This document shows positions 9,878-20,553 of a stretch of DNA of 64,000 nucleotides, one piece after another (position 1 is the stretch's first letter; each line of letters opens with the position of its first letter). The DNA is from Gammaproteobacteria bacterium. GTDB taxonomy: Bacteria > Pseudomonadota > Gammaproteobacteria > Natronospirales > REEB76. The translations under genes were made by a program, and so were the position numbers. The stretch spans positions 65-64,064 of the forward strand of contig DATBAJ010000071.1 in the NCBI GenBank assembly GCA_036271575.1, in the 5' to 3' direction. The notes under the pieces are model-generated. The model saw only the letters and a program-made list of their open reading frames with translations, had not been told where the DNA came from and ran no database searches.

Positions 9878-10323
9878 GGATATGGGTGGATGCGGATGCC
9901 TGCCCCAAGGTGATCAAGGAGATATTGTTCCGCGCCGCCAAACGCGCGGAAGTGCCATTGACCCTGGTGGCGAACCAGTCATTGCGCACGCCCCCCTCGC
10001 AACACATCAAGTCCATGCAGGTGGCCTCGGGTTTCGACGTGGCGGACAACGAGATCGTGAAGCAGGTACAGGCCGGCGATCTGGTCATCACCGCCGACAT
10101 TCCACTCGCGGCGCAGGTGGTGGAGAAGGGCGCCCATGCGCTCAATCCCCGCGGCGAGCTTTACACGCCGGAGAACGTCAAGGCGCGGCTGAGCCTGCGG
10201 GACTTCATGGCGCAGATCCGCGACAGTGGCATACAGACCGGCGGACCGGCTCCCATCAGCCAGGCTGACCGGCAGGCGTTCGCCAATAACCTGGACCGGC
10301 TGCTGGCCAAACGCAGCCGCTGA
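9874..10323 (+). CDS. YaiI/YqxD family protein (UPF0178)
   Basis: 149 aa. (M)[21 protein letters not shown].. is the hallmark N-terminus of the family. The GTG start overlaps the upstream stop (GTGA). Confidence 0.8.
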   Translation: MRIWVDADACPKVIKEILFRAAKRAEVPLTLVANQSLRTPPSQHIKSMQVASGFDVADNEIVKQVQAGDLVITADIPLAAQVVEKGAHALNPRGELYTPENVKARLSLRDFMAQIRDSGIQTGGPAPISQADRQAFANNLDRLLAKRSR

Positions 10324-10385
10324 GGTATGGCGATGCAGGATGCATCGCGAGGGCGAATCCGGGCATGCACCGGACTCGCCGAAAT

Positions 10386-10411
10386 CTGAAAATCCACGGA
10401 CGGATTTTCAG
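10386..10411. terminator. Perfect 10-bp stem / 6-nt loop hairpin between convergent genes
   Basis: CTGAAAATCC-acggac-GGATTTTCAG lies between the yaiI-like stop (10323) and the stop of the minus-strand gene (10418). A second 8-bp hairpin, GCGATGCA-gga-TGCATCGC, lies at 10330-10348. Confidence 0.5.
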
Positions 10412-10417
10412 TAGCAA

Positions 10418-10918
10418 TTAGCCTTTGATGCGTTTGACCTCTACCGAGTCATTCACGCCTTCCACGGATATATAGAAGGAGTTTAGAAGCCCGCGGCTGA
10501 TGGTCACCTTGGGGTTAGTCATTCGCCTCGCAGTGGCCGTGGCATCATCCATCTGTTCCCAAACCTGGCCGTTGTCCAGTGTCACGCGGGTGCTGCCGCT
10601 CCAGCCATGGAACTCTCCGGTGATGTGCGCGGTCATGGGATAGGCATCGGCGGCTGCCGGTGCAGCGGCTGGAGCAGGAGCCACCGGGGTGGCTGCAGGG
10701 GTGGCCGCGTTGCAGGTCAGCGCATGTTGCCCTTGGTATCCGGCAAACCAGGCATCCAGTGCCTTGATCTGGGCATCGGAGAGCTTGTCCAGCCCGCTGG
10801 CGCGGAAGTCCGCCACTGACATGCTTTTCAATACGTCGAAATCCGGTGCGTCGGCGGCCGAGGCGTTGATGCCCATCGACAGCCCCGCCAATAGCAGGCT
10901 TTGGAGTAGTATCTTCAT
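10418..10918 (-). CDS. Secreted hypothetical protein
   Basis: 166 aa. Signal peptide MKILLQSLLLAGLSMGINASA. An Ala/Pro-rich linker (ATPAATPVAPAPAAAPAAA) separates a small helical N-domain from a beta-rich C-domain. No motif I recognise. Confidence 0.55.
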   Translation of the reverse strand: MKILLQSLLLAGLSMGINASAADAPDFDVLKSMSVADFRASGLDKLSDAQIKALDAWFAGYQGQHALTCNAATPAATPVAPAPAAAPAAADAYPMTAHITGEFHGWSGSTRVTLDNGQVWEQMDDATATARRMTNPKVTISRGLLNSFYISVEGVNDSVEVKRIKG

Positions 10919-11004
10919 CCCGGTTTCCCCCGGTTGGAGTGCGATGCGCAGATTGTCGCACGCTCACCGGACGGATTCATGACAATCACCCGATGGAGAT
11001 GCTC

Positions 11005-11529
11005 ATGCAGTTCTCGATGTATCAGGCCACCGCGCCCGGCTTCATTCACATCCTCACCCAGCTCAAGCTCATCCTGAAGAAGGGCGAGGACTATGCGGCC
11101 GCCCGCAAGATCGATCCGCTGGTGCTCACCGGCGCGCGCCTCTATCCGGACATGCTCCCCTTGACCCGCCAGGTGCAGATCGCCACCGATCAGGTGAAGT
11201 TCTGCATGTCACGCCTGGCCGGCACCGAGGCGCCGAAGTTCGAGGACAACGAGCAGAGCTTCGCCGACCTCCAGGCGCGTCTCGACAAGACCATCGCGCA
11301 CATCCAGAGCTTCAAGCCTGCGCAGATCGATGGCAGCGAGAACAAGGCCATCGAGATAAAGCCTGCTCAAGGCAACCCGCGCAAGTACCAGGGCATGAAT
11401 TACCTGTTCGATTCCGTCTATCCGAACTTCTTCTTCCACGCCACCACCGCGTACGACATCCTGCGCCACAACGGCGTGGAAGTCGGCAAGATGGACTTTC
11501 TCGGCGATCACGAACACGTCAAACGCTGA
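11005..11529 (+). CDS. DUF1993 family protein
   Basis: MQFSMYQATAPGFIHILTQLKLILKKGEDYAAARKIDP.. matches the typical N-terminus of DUF1993 (DinB-like four-helix) proteins. A GGAG lies 5 nt upstream of ATG 11005. In-frame ATGs at 10993/10999 and the track start at 10939 are alternatives. Confidence 0.7.
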   Translation: MQFSMYQATAPGFIHILTQLKLILKKGEDYAAARKIDPLVLTGARLYPDMLPLTRQVQIATDQVKFCMSRLAGTEAPKFEDNEQSFADLQARLDKTIAHIQSFKPAQIDGSENKAIEIKPAQGNPRKYQGMNYLFDSVYPNFFFHATTAYDILRHNGVEVGKMDFLGDHEHVKR

Positions 11530-11561
11530 ACACGCCTTAGAGTCCCGCTAACACCGCATCG

Positions 11562-11600
11562 CCGCGGATGTCCAATCTTCGGACATCCGCGGTTTGCTTC
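11562..11600 (+). terminator. Rho-independent terminator after the DUF1993 gene
   Basis: Perfect 12-bp stem CCGCGGATGTCC-aatcttc-GGACATCCGCGG followed by TTTGCTTC. Confidence 0.6.
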
Positions 11601-11674
11601 TGTCTGTCCGTCGTCCAAGAATGTCTTCGTCCGCGTGGCGCGCCGCGGCCGAAATCAACGAATTCCAAACATCT

Positions 11675-12433
11675 ATGTCGCGCCGTGTAAACGAGACAGT
11701 GCAAGAGCAAGACGCCCGCTTCGCCTATTTCCTGGATGTGGACGGCACCTTGCTCCCGATCGCGGAGTCACCGGAAGTGGTGTCTCCGTCGGGGGCGGTG
11801 TGTTCCCTGCTCGCGCGCCTGGGCGCCGCGAACGAAGGCGCGCTAGCCTTGGTGAGCGGCCGTCCGCTGCATGAACTCGACGTTATGTTCGCTCCACACC
11901 GCTTCCCGGTCGCGGCCCAGCACGGCGCCGAGATACGCAATCCGGGCGGACGCGTGACATGGTGGGAAGGCCATCTGCCTGCCTTGCAGTCAGTGGGCGC
12001 GAAGATGCGTCGTCTCACCGACATGGACGGCCGGCTCCGTCTCGAAGACAAGGGTCTCGCCATCAGCCTCCATTACCGGCGCGCCCCGCAGCTGGGTGAC
12101 GGCCTCACAGCGACCATGCTCGAGATGCTGGCGCCGTACCGGATGCTCCGCCTGCAGCCGGGCAAGTGCGTGCTGGAGGTATGCGCCGCGGAACTCGGCA
12201 AAGGCCAGGCAGTGGAAGCTTTCATGCATCAGGCGCCGTTCGCGGGCCGGCGACCCATCTACATCGGCGACGATCTGACCGATGAGAGCGGTTTCGAAGC
12301 CGTGAACGCCATGGACGGCATCAGCATCAAGGTGGGACCGGAACCGAGCGTGGCGGGGGTACGCCTGCCCGATCCGGCTGCCGTGCTGCAGTGGCTGGCG
12401 GCCCGCTTACCGGAGGAATCCCGGGATGCGTGA
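11675..12433 (+). CDS. otsB: Trehalose-6-phosphate phosphatase
   Basis: HAD motifs FLDVDGTL (motif I) and IGDDLTDE (motif IV). It sits in an operon with GH15 and otsA. ATG 11675 puts motif I ~18 aa from the N-terminus, as in characterised OtsB. The track start TTG 11594 lies inside the upstream terminator hairpin. ATG 11621 remains possible. Confidence 0.75.
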   Translation: MSRRVNETVQEQDARFAYFLDVDGTLLPIAESPEVVSPSGAVCSLLARLGAANEGALALVSGRPLHELDVMFAPHRFPVAAQHGAEIRNPGGRVTWWEGHLPALQSVGAKMRRLTDMDGRLRLEDKGLAISLHYRRAPQLGDGLTATMLEMLAPYRMLRLQPGKCVLEVCAAELGKGQAVEAFMHQAPFAGRRPIYIGDDLTDESGFEAVNAMDGISIKVGPEPSVAGVRLPDPAAVLQWLAARLPEESRDA

Positions 12434-14203
12434 CCTGGAACTTGGCCTGATCGGCAACTGCTCGTTCGCCGCCCTGGTGGACAAACGCGCTGAGATGGTC
12501 TGGGCATGCCTGCCCCGCTTCGATGGTGATCCGGTGTTCTGCTCCTTGCTGGAACCCAAGGGCGACGGCCGCGGCAGCTTCCGCGTGGATCTGCAGGATC
12601 TGGCGGAGGCAGATCACCATTATGAGCGCAACACGGCAGTGCTGGTCACCACCCTGCGCGACAAGCATGGCGGTGTGGTGCAGGTCACCGACTTCGCGCC
12701 GCGCTTCAAGAACTATGGACGCATGTACCGCCCCGCCATGCTGGTGCGTTCCATCAAACCCTTGCACGGCCGGCCGCGCATCACCGTGCGCCTGCGGCCC
12801 AGCGGCGACTACGGCGCCATAGATGCCGGCATCGCCGGCGGCAGCAACCACGTGCGCTACCTGTTGCCGGACCAGGTGTTGCGGCTGACCACCAATGCAC
12901 CGGTGACGGCGATCCTGGACGAGACTTCGTTCCTGGTGGATCACGAGGTGGTGTTGCTGTTGGGTCCGGATGAGGTGGTGATGCGGCCGGTGGAGGAAGT
13001 GGCGCGCGAGTTCCACGCCGAGACCTCGGCCTATTGGCGCGATTGGGTGCGATACCTGGCCCTGCCGCTGGAGTGGCAGGATGCGGTGATCCGCGCCGCC
13101 ATCACCCTGAAGCTATGCACCTTCGAGGATACGGGTGCGGTGGTGGCGGCGGTCACCACCTCGATCCCCGAGAACGAAGGCTCGACGCGCAACTGGGATT
13201 ACCGGCATTGCTGGTTGCGCGACAGCTACTTCGTGGTGAACGCCCTCAATCGGCTCGGCGCCACCAAGACCATGGAAGACTACATCCGTTACGTGATCAA
13301 CATCGGTTCCGACACGGAACAGAGCCGCCTGAAGCCCGTCTACCGCATCAACGGCCGCGGCGATCTGGACGAGCGGGAGGTGCAGAGTCTCGCAGGCTAT
13401 CGCGGCATCGGGCCGGTGCGGGTGGGCAACGCCGCGCACACCCAGGAGCAGAACGACGTGTACGGCGCGGTGGTGTTGTCCGCCGCCCAGACCTTCTTCG
13501 ATGCGCGCCTGGATAGCCCGGGCGACGTGGCCTTGTTCCGGCAGCTCGAGGCCCTGGGGGAAGTGGCCCTGGACCTGCATGACAAGCCGGATGCGGGTCT
13601 ATGGGAGCTGCGTAACAGCAATCATATACACACCTTCTCCAGCGTCATGTGCTGGACCGCCTGCGACCGGCTGGCGCGCATCGCCTGGCACCTGGGTCTG
13701 GAAGGTCGCGCCGAGTATTGGGCGGCCGCAGCGCAGCGCATCCGTGAGACGATCCTATCCAGAGCCTGGAATACCGAGCGCGGCTGCTTCGTGGCGAGCT
13801 TCGGCGGCGACGGGCTGGACGCGAGCCTGCTGCTGATGGCCGAACTCGGCATCGTGTCGCCCAGTGATCCGCGCTTCGTGGCGACGGTGGATGCCATCGG
13901 CCGCGAACTCAAGCGCGGCGACTACGTGTTCCGTTACGTGGAAGCCGACGACTTCGGCACGCCGCATAATGCCTTCACCCTGTGCACCTTCTGGTACATC
14001 GATGCGCTCACCCAGATCGGCCGGCGTGCCGAGGCGCGCACCCTGTTCGAGCACATGCTGGCGCGCTGCACCACGCTCGGCCTCCTCTCGGAGCACCTGG
14101 ATCCGAAAGACGGCGAGTTGTGGGGCAATTTCCCCCAGACCTACAGCATGGTCGGCATCATCCACTCCGCCATGCGCCTCTCGGAACCCTGGGAGGTGGC
14201 GTT

Positions 14204-14207
<4 letters not shown>
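12426..14207 (+). CDS. Glycoside hydrolase family 15 (glucoamylase/trehalase-like)
   Basis: 593 aa. ..SIPENEGSTRNWDYRHCWLRDSYFVVNAL.. and ..GLWELRN.. are typical GH15 catalytic-domain motifs. It overlaps otsB by 8 nt. Confidence 0.85.
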
Positions 14208-15633
<1,426 letters not shown>

Positions 15634-15637
<4 letters not shown>

Positions 15638-16707
15638 GCGGCATCACCGCCGATCTCTACTCCGCGATCCTGTTCGGGGCGATGCTGTGCGGCTCGCTGG
15701 TGGCCGCCTACGTGGTGCTATACCTGCTGCAGCATGTGATGCGCCGTTTTCAGACCGGCATCGCCCACGCGGTGCTGCGCCGCATCCGTGAGCCCATGTT
15801 GCTGCTGAGCCCGGTCTCGACAGTGCTGCTGGCCCTGCCGCTGGCGCGTTTCAGCGCCGCACCGGCGGCGTTCCTTTATCACGCGGCCCTGATCGTATTG
15901 ATCGCCACCCTGGGCTGGACCTGCATACGTCTCTTCGACGCGTGGCGTGACACCCTGGAGACACGGCACCGGCTCGACGTGGCGGACAACCTCACGGCGC
16001 GCCGCGTCCTCACCCAAGTCACCATCCTGCGCCGCATCGCCCTCGCATTGGTGCTGATCGGCACCGTCTCCGCCATGCTCATGACCTTCCCGGAGGTGCG
16101 GGCGGTGGGCGCCACGCTGTTCGCCTCCGCCGGCGTCGCGGGCCTGCTGTTGGGTCTGGCGGCCCGCCCGGTGTTCACCAACATACTGGCGGGGCTGCAG
16201 GTGGCGCTCACCGAGCCGATCCGCATCGACGACGTGGTGGTGGTGGAGGGTAACTGGGGCTGGATCGAGGAGATCGGCACCACCTACGTGGTGGTGCGGA
16301 TATGGGACCAGCGCCGGCTGATGCTGCCCTTGTCCTATTTCATCGAGAAACCGTTCGAGAACTGGACGCGCCGTACCGCCGACCTGCTGGCGACGGTCAC
16401 CTTGTACGCAGATTATGCCGCGCCGGTCCAGGAGCTGCGTGACTACTGTCACTCGATCCTGAGGGAGAGCCCGCTATGGGACGGCAAGACCTGGGCTTTC
16501 CAGGTCACGGACGCCACGCCGCAGACACTGCAGTTGCGCGCACTCATGAGCGTGGCCAACAGTAATGATGCCTGGGACCTGCGCTGCCTGGTGCGCGAAA
16601 AGCTGATCGAATTCCTGCGACGCCGCTATCCCGCCTGCCTGCCCCAGACCCGCGTGTCGTTGTTGCCCCAGGATGCCATCAGCCAAGGACAAGGAAGATC
16701 GTCATGA
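15634..16707 (+). CDS. Mechanosensitive ion channel family protein (MscS-like)
   Basis: 357 aa. N-terminal TM helices, then ..FTNILAGLQVALTEPIRIDDVVVVEGNWGWIEEIGTTYVVVRIWDQRRLMLPLSYF.. (MscS beta-domain). The ATGA start overlaps the otsA stop. Confidence 0.8.
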
Positions 16708-17516
16708 ACAAGTTTCTCTCCGCTTCGCTGCTGGCTGCATTGGCTGCGGCCTGCGCCACCTCGCCTACCGGGCGCAGACAACTCGACCTGGTCTCGGACC
16801 AGCAAGCCGCCCAGGCCGGTAACCAGCCTTTCCAGCAGATAAAGAAGCAGACGCCGGTGGACCAGAACCCGGCCGCCAACGCCTATGCGGGATGCATCGT
16901 GCATGGCTTGAGCGCGGCCACCGGTGCGCCGCGCGGCGGCGGCAATTGGGTGGTGACGGTGTTCAAGGACGATAAGACCGTGAACGCCTTCGCGCTGCCG
17001 GGCGGTCATGTCTCGGTGTACACCGGTATCTTCAAGGTGGCGAAGACGCCGGGTGAACTGGCGGCGGTGCTGGGCCACGAGATGGGCCACGTGCAGGCCG
17101 GGCATGGCGCGGAGCGCATCTCGGATCAGGAGGCGGCGTCGGTGGGCGTGGACTTGGCGGCGCTCCTCGCCGGTATCGATCAGAGTTCGTCCCAGGGGCA
17201 GGCCACGATGGCGGCATTGGGCGCCGGTGCCACGGTGGGCGTGTTGCTGCCCTACAGCCGCGCCCAGGAGAGCGAGGCCGACAAGCTCGGCACCCAGTAC
17301 ATGGCGGAGGCGGGTTGGAATCCTCACGAGGCACTGGAGCTATGGCGCAACATGATGAGCAGCAATCAGGGGGCGCCGCCGGCATTGCTGTCCGATCACC
17401 CGGCGGATGCTACGCGCTTGCAGGATCTGCAGGCGCAGTTGCCGGACGACATGCAGCGCTACCAGAAGGCGCAGCAGCAAGGCCACCATCCGGATTGCAC
17501 ACCACCGGGAGCCTGA
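16704..17516 (+). CDS. M48 family zinc metallopeptidase (lipoprotein)
   Basis: 270 aa. Lipoprotein-type signal MNKFLSASLLAALAAAC. HEMGH zinc motif plus a downstream ESEADKLG glutamate. ATGA overlap with the mscS-like gene. Confidence 0.8.
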   Translation: MNKFLSASLLAALAAACATSPTGRRQLDLVSDQQAAQAGNQPFQQIKKQTPVDQNPAANAYAGCIVHGLSAATGAPRGGGNWVVTVFKDDKTVNAFALPGGHVSVYTGIFKVAKTPGELAAVLGHEMGHVQAGHGAERISDQEAASVGVDLAALLAGIDQSSSQGQATMAALGAGATVGVLLPYSRAQESEADKLGTQYMAEAGWNPHEALELWRNMMSSNQGAPPALLSDHPADATRLQDLQAQLPDDMQRYQKAQQQGHHPDCTPPGA

Positions 17517-17523
17517 AGGGCGC

Positions 17524-20500
17524 CTAGGGCTTGGCGCAGTCTGCCGGTGCCACGCTGACCGGCAGCAGCTGCCCCGCATCCAGACGCCAGGGAGAGCGGC
17601 AGCGGATCAGCGCGGCGACGGCCTCGGGCGGCCGGTCTTCGGCATGCACGTCCAGCAAGCGTGTGCCCGCATAGTAGGCCTGGCTTGCGATCTGCCCAGC
17701 GCCGGGGGCGAACTCCATGTCTTCAGTGAGCGAGGAGTCACCGCTGATCTCCAGCAGCAATTGGCCTGAATCGGGGTCCCGGAGCTGTGCAACCCGGCTG
17801 CGCACCAGCAGGAATTGCCCATCCGGACTGTATTGGGCCCGGTCCAGGCTGAGGCGTTCGGCGTTGTACAGCCATGACAGGCTGCCGTCTCCCGCATCCC
17901 AGACCTTTAGGGTGCCGTTGCGATGGACCGTGACCAGGCGCCGGCCATCGGGATCGTAGCGGATGCTATCGACCTCGCCGCTGCCGCTGTCCCAACTGCG
18001 CAGCAGCTTGCTGTCGGCGATCTGCCACTCACGGATCACGCCGGCATTGTCTGCCGTGGTCACGATCTGTCCATCTGGACTCAGGGCCGCTCCGGCATTG
18101 TAGGAATACAGTATCTCCGGAGGAGCCAGGCTGCGGCGATGCATCTGGAGATCCCAGACCTCCGCGTAGTAACGGAACGGCTCTTTCGAGCGGTCCTCGC
18201 GGATGCCAAGGAAGTGGCTTCCGTCCGGCGTGAAGTGAGTGGCGTCGGCGCAACCCTCGGGCATGGCAAAACCGGCGAGTTGCCTGCCGTCATGCGCATC
18301 CCATATGTGGGCGGTCTTGTCATCACCGCAGCCGAAGACCCGCTTGCCGTCCGGAGTGAAGGCCGCCACGCTCATGGGGCGGCGCGACATGACCGACAAC
18401 ATCCGGCCATCCGCCGCATCCCACACACTCAGCGACGGATTCAAAGAGGCAGCTGCCAGGATTCGCGTCCCATCGGGGCTGAACACCGCGAAACTCGCGT
18501 AAGCCTTGTCCGGCTTGGATGGATCGCCTTGCGGCAAGGCCAAGTCGAAGAGACGCTTGCCATCGTGGGCCCGCCAGATCGTCACCCGTCCTTCGTCCGT
18601 GGTCGCCACGCGGGCCCCCATAGGGTCGTAGACCGGATGTGACCCGCTCACGTCGATGACCGCGCTGAGCACCGCCGCCATGTCCCACACTTGTGCCACA
18701 TTATCCTTGGTGACGGTCATCAGCCGGGTCGAGTCCCTGGTGAACAAGGCCACGCCGCCCGGCAACACGCCGCGCTGGGTATAGTCCTTACCGTCCCAGA
18801 TCCAGGTCACATCTTTGGCGGATGCGGCGATGAAGGCGCCGTCCTCGCTCATGATCAGGTTATCGATCTCGTCCGGCATCGCGGCGAAGCGCGCCAGGTT
18901 CTTGCCGGTGGCGGCATCCCAGACCCGCACGGTCTTGTCCTTGCTGCCGGTCAGCAGGCGTTTGCCGTCCGGCGAGAAGATCACGACCTTGACTGCATCG
19001 TCATGTCCACCTTCGTAGTCGTCGCGGTTCTTGGCGGCGATGGTATACAGCAGCCGGCCGTCGTGGGTATCCCAGACCCGTACGCTCTTGTCGTCGCTGG
19101 AACTGGCGAGCCGGCGGCTATCGGGGCTGAAAGCGAAATTTCCGACGTCGGCGCGATGACCGGTCAGTTGCGCCACCAGCCTGCCGTCACGGGAATCCCA
19201 CAGGGACAGGCTGTGGTCGGCATCGACGCCCACGATGCTGCGGCCATCAGGGCTGAAACCGGCGTGTTTGATGTGGCCGCCGCGCCCTTTCAGGGTCAGT
19301 TGCAATTTCCCGGAAGCAGGGTCCCATATCTGCACTTCACCCCCACGCTCGGACCGGGTGAGCAGGCGCTTGCTGTCCGCGTCGAACAGTGCGCCCACCA
19401 GGAAACTATCCTTGAAATTGAGACTCGTCACCGTGGCGCCTGTGTGGGCGTCCAAGACCCGTATCACGGTGTCCTGATCGAGGGTGTCCCGCTTGCTGCC
19501 CACCGCAACGTAGCGACCGTCGGGAGAGAAGCGCGACCACAGCTCCATGTGCCCGGGTTCGCCTATGGAGAGCAGATGACGGCCGCTGTCCACGTCCCAT
19601 ATATCGGCATCGCCAGCGCCGCCGGCTGCCGTCATGCGCTTGCCGTCCCGGGTCATGTCGGGATTGAACCACAGGCCGGCTTCGACGAAACGTCCGCGCA
19701 GGGAATCCACATACAACATACTGCGGGCCAGCAGCAGACGCAGGGCCGGCGTGCGGCCTCCTAAACGATAGGCCTCTCCCAGATAGGCTGCCGCCTGCAG
19801 CGGCTCCCCCTGCAGGTAAAGTTGGCGCCCTTGTTCCGTGTAGGCAGCTATCGCAGCTTGCTTCGCCTTGCGCTGCGCCTGCAGGTCCCAGGCGCCGGTC
19901 AACAACACCGCTGCGACCACCGCGGCCGCCGCCCACTGCAGCCGTCTCAGCAGGCGCCGGCGTTTCTCGCGCTGACGCAGTTCGTCGTAAGGCACCCCCA
20001 TGATCCCAGCGAGCAGCTTGAGACGGGCGCTCGCCTTGCCGTCCTGCTGCGGGCGGGCATCGGCCGCGATCGGTTCCACGCGCTCAGTCAGCAACCGACC
20101 CTCGCTGTCTACGCGGTGCCGCAAGGCCGGCGGGAAGCACTCCAACTCGCCGCTCTCAGGGCGGTCGCCGGCATTGGGTTCGCCGTCCACGATCAGCGCC
20201 AGGATGCGGTCGGCGCGTCCCTGGCGCTTGAAGGCGATGATCTCTTCGTTCACCCAGCGCGACACAGCCGCCCGCGGCGAGCAGACCACCACCAGGTAGC
20301 GGGAATGCTGCAGCGATTCGTTGATGTTGTCGGAGAGATCGGCGGAAGAGGGCAGCTCTTCGCGGTCGCGGAACACGGGGAACAGGCGTCGCGGCAGCGG
20401 CCCATCGCGTCCCTCCCGGCCCACCAGCCGGCGGGGGACGCGGTAGCTTTCCAAGGCCTTGTGCAGCCAGTCGGCCCAGGCCTTGTCGCGGTGGCTATAG

Positions 20501-20553
20501 GAGATGAAGGCCCAGTAGCGGCGGTGCTGTGGTTCCACCTGGGACACCCTCAT
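17524..20553 (-). CDS. TIR domain / single-TM / WD40-repeat protein
   Basis: 1009 aa. The N-terminus YWAFISYSHRDKAWADWLHKALE..FPVFRDREELP..YLVVVCSPRAAVSRWVNEEI is TIR_2-like, including the SxWxxxE(L/I) motif. A basic stretch RQREKRRRLLRRLQ precedes one hydrophobic helix, WAAAAVVAAVLLTGAW (about nt 19885-19944). About 14-15 WD-like repeats then follow, ending ..(I/V)W(D)xxxG with FSPDG(K/R) cores (about nt 17659-19668). Confidence 0.85.
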   Translation of the reverse strand: MRVSQVEPQHRRYWAFISYSHRDKAWADWLHKALESYRVPRRLVGREGRDGPLPRRLFPVFRDREELPSSADLSDNINESLQHSRYLVVVCSPRAAVSRWVNEEIIAFKRQGRADRILALIVDGEPNAGDRPESGELECFPPALRHRVDSEGRLLTERVEPIAADARPQQDGKASARLKLLAGIMGVPYDELRQREKRRRLLRRLQWAAAAVVAAVLLTGAWDLQAQRKAKQAAIAAYTEQGRQLYLQGEPLQAAAYLGEAYRLGGRTPALRLLLARSMLYVDSLRGRFVEAGLWFNPDMTRDGKRMTAAGGAGDADIWDVDSGRHLLSIGEPGHMELWSRFSPDGRYVAVGSKRDTLDQDTVIRVLDAHTGATVTSLNFKDSFLVGALFDADSKRLLTRSERGGEVQIWDPASGKLQLTLKGRGGHIKHAGFSPDGRSIVGVDADHSLSLWDSRDGRLVAQLTGHRADVGNFAFSPDSRRLASSSDDKSVRVWDTHDGRLLYTIAAKNRDDYEGGHDDAVKVVIFSPDGKRLLTGSKDKTVRVWDAATGKNLARFAAMPDEIDNLIMSEDGAFIAASAKDVTWIWDGKDYTQRGVLPGGVALFTRDSTRLMTVTKDNVAQVWDMAAVLSAVIDVSGSHPVYDPMGARVATTDEGRVTIWRAHDGKRLFDLALPQGDPSKPDKAYASFAVFSPDGTRILAAASLNPSLSVWDAADGRMLSVMSRRPMSVAAFTPDGKRVFGCGDDKTAHIWDAHDGRQLAGFAMPEGCADATHFTPDGSHFLGIREDRSKEPFRYYAEVWDLQMHRRSLAPPEILYSYNAGAALSPDGQIVTTADNAGVIREWQIADSKLLRSWDSGSGEVDSIRYDPDGRRLVTVHRNGTLKVWDAGDGSLSWLYNAERLSLDRAQYSPDGQFLLVRSRVAQLRDPDSGQLLLEISGDSSLTEDMEFAPGAGQIASQAYYAGTRLLDVHAEDRPPEAVAALIRCRSPWRLDAGQLLPVSVAPADCAKP

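Noticed and set aside
17659-19668. WD40 region as a nucleotide-level tandem repeat or CRISPR-like array
   Set aside because: Repeats are recognisable only at the protein level (..FSPDG.. / ..VW D..G..). Codons differ between units, and there are no conserved direct DNA repeats with spacers. No CRISPR-like periodic structure was seen anywhere in the window.
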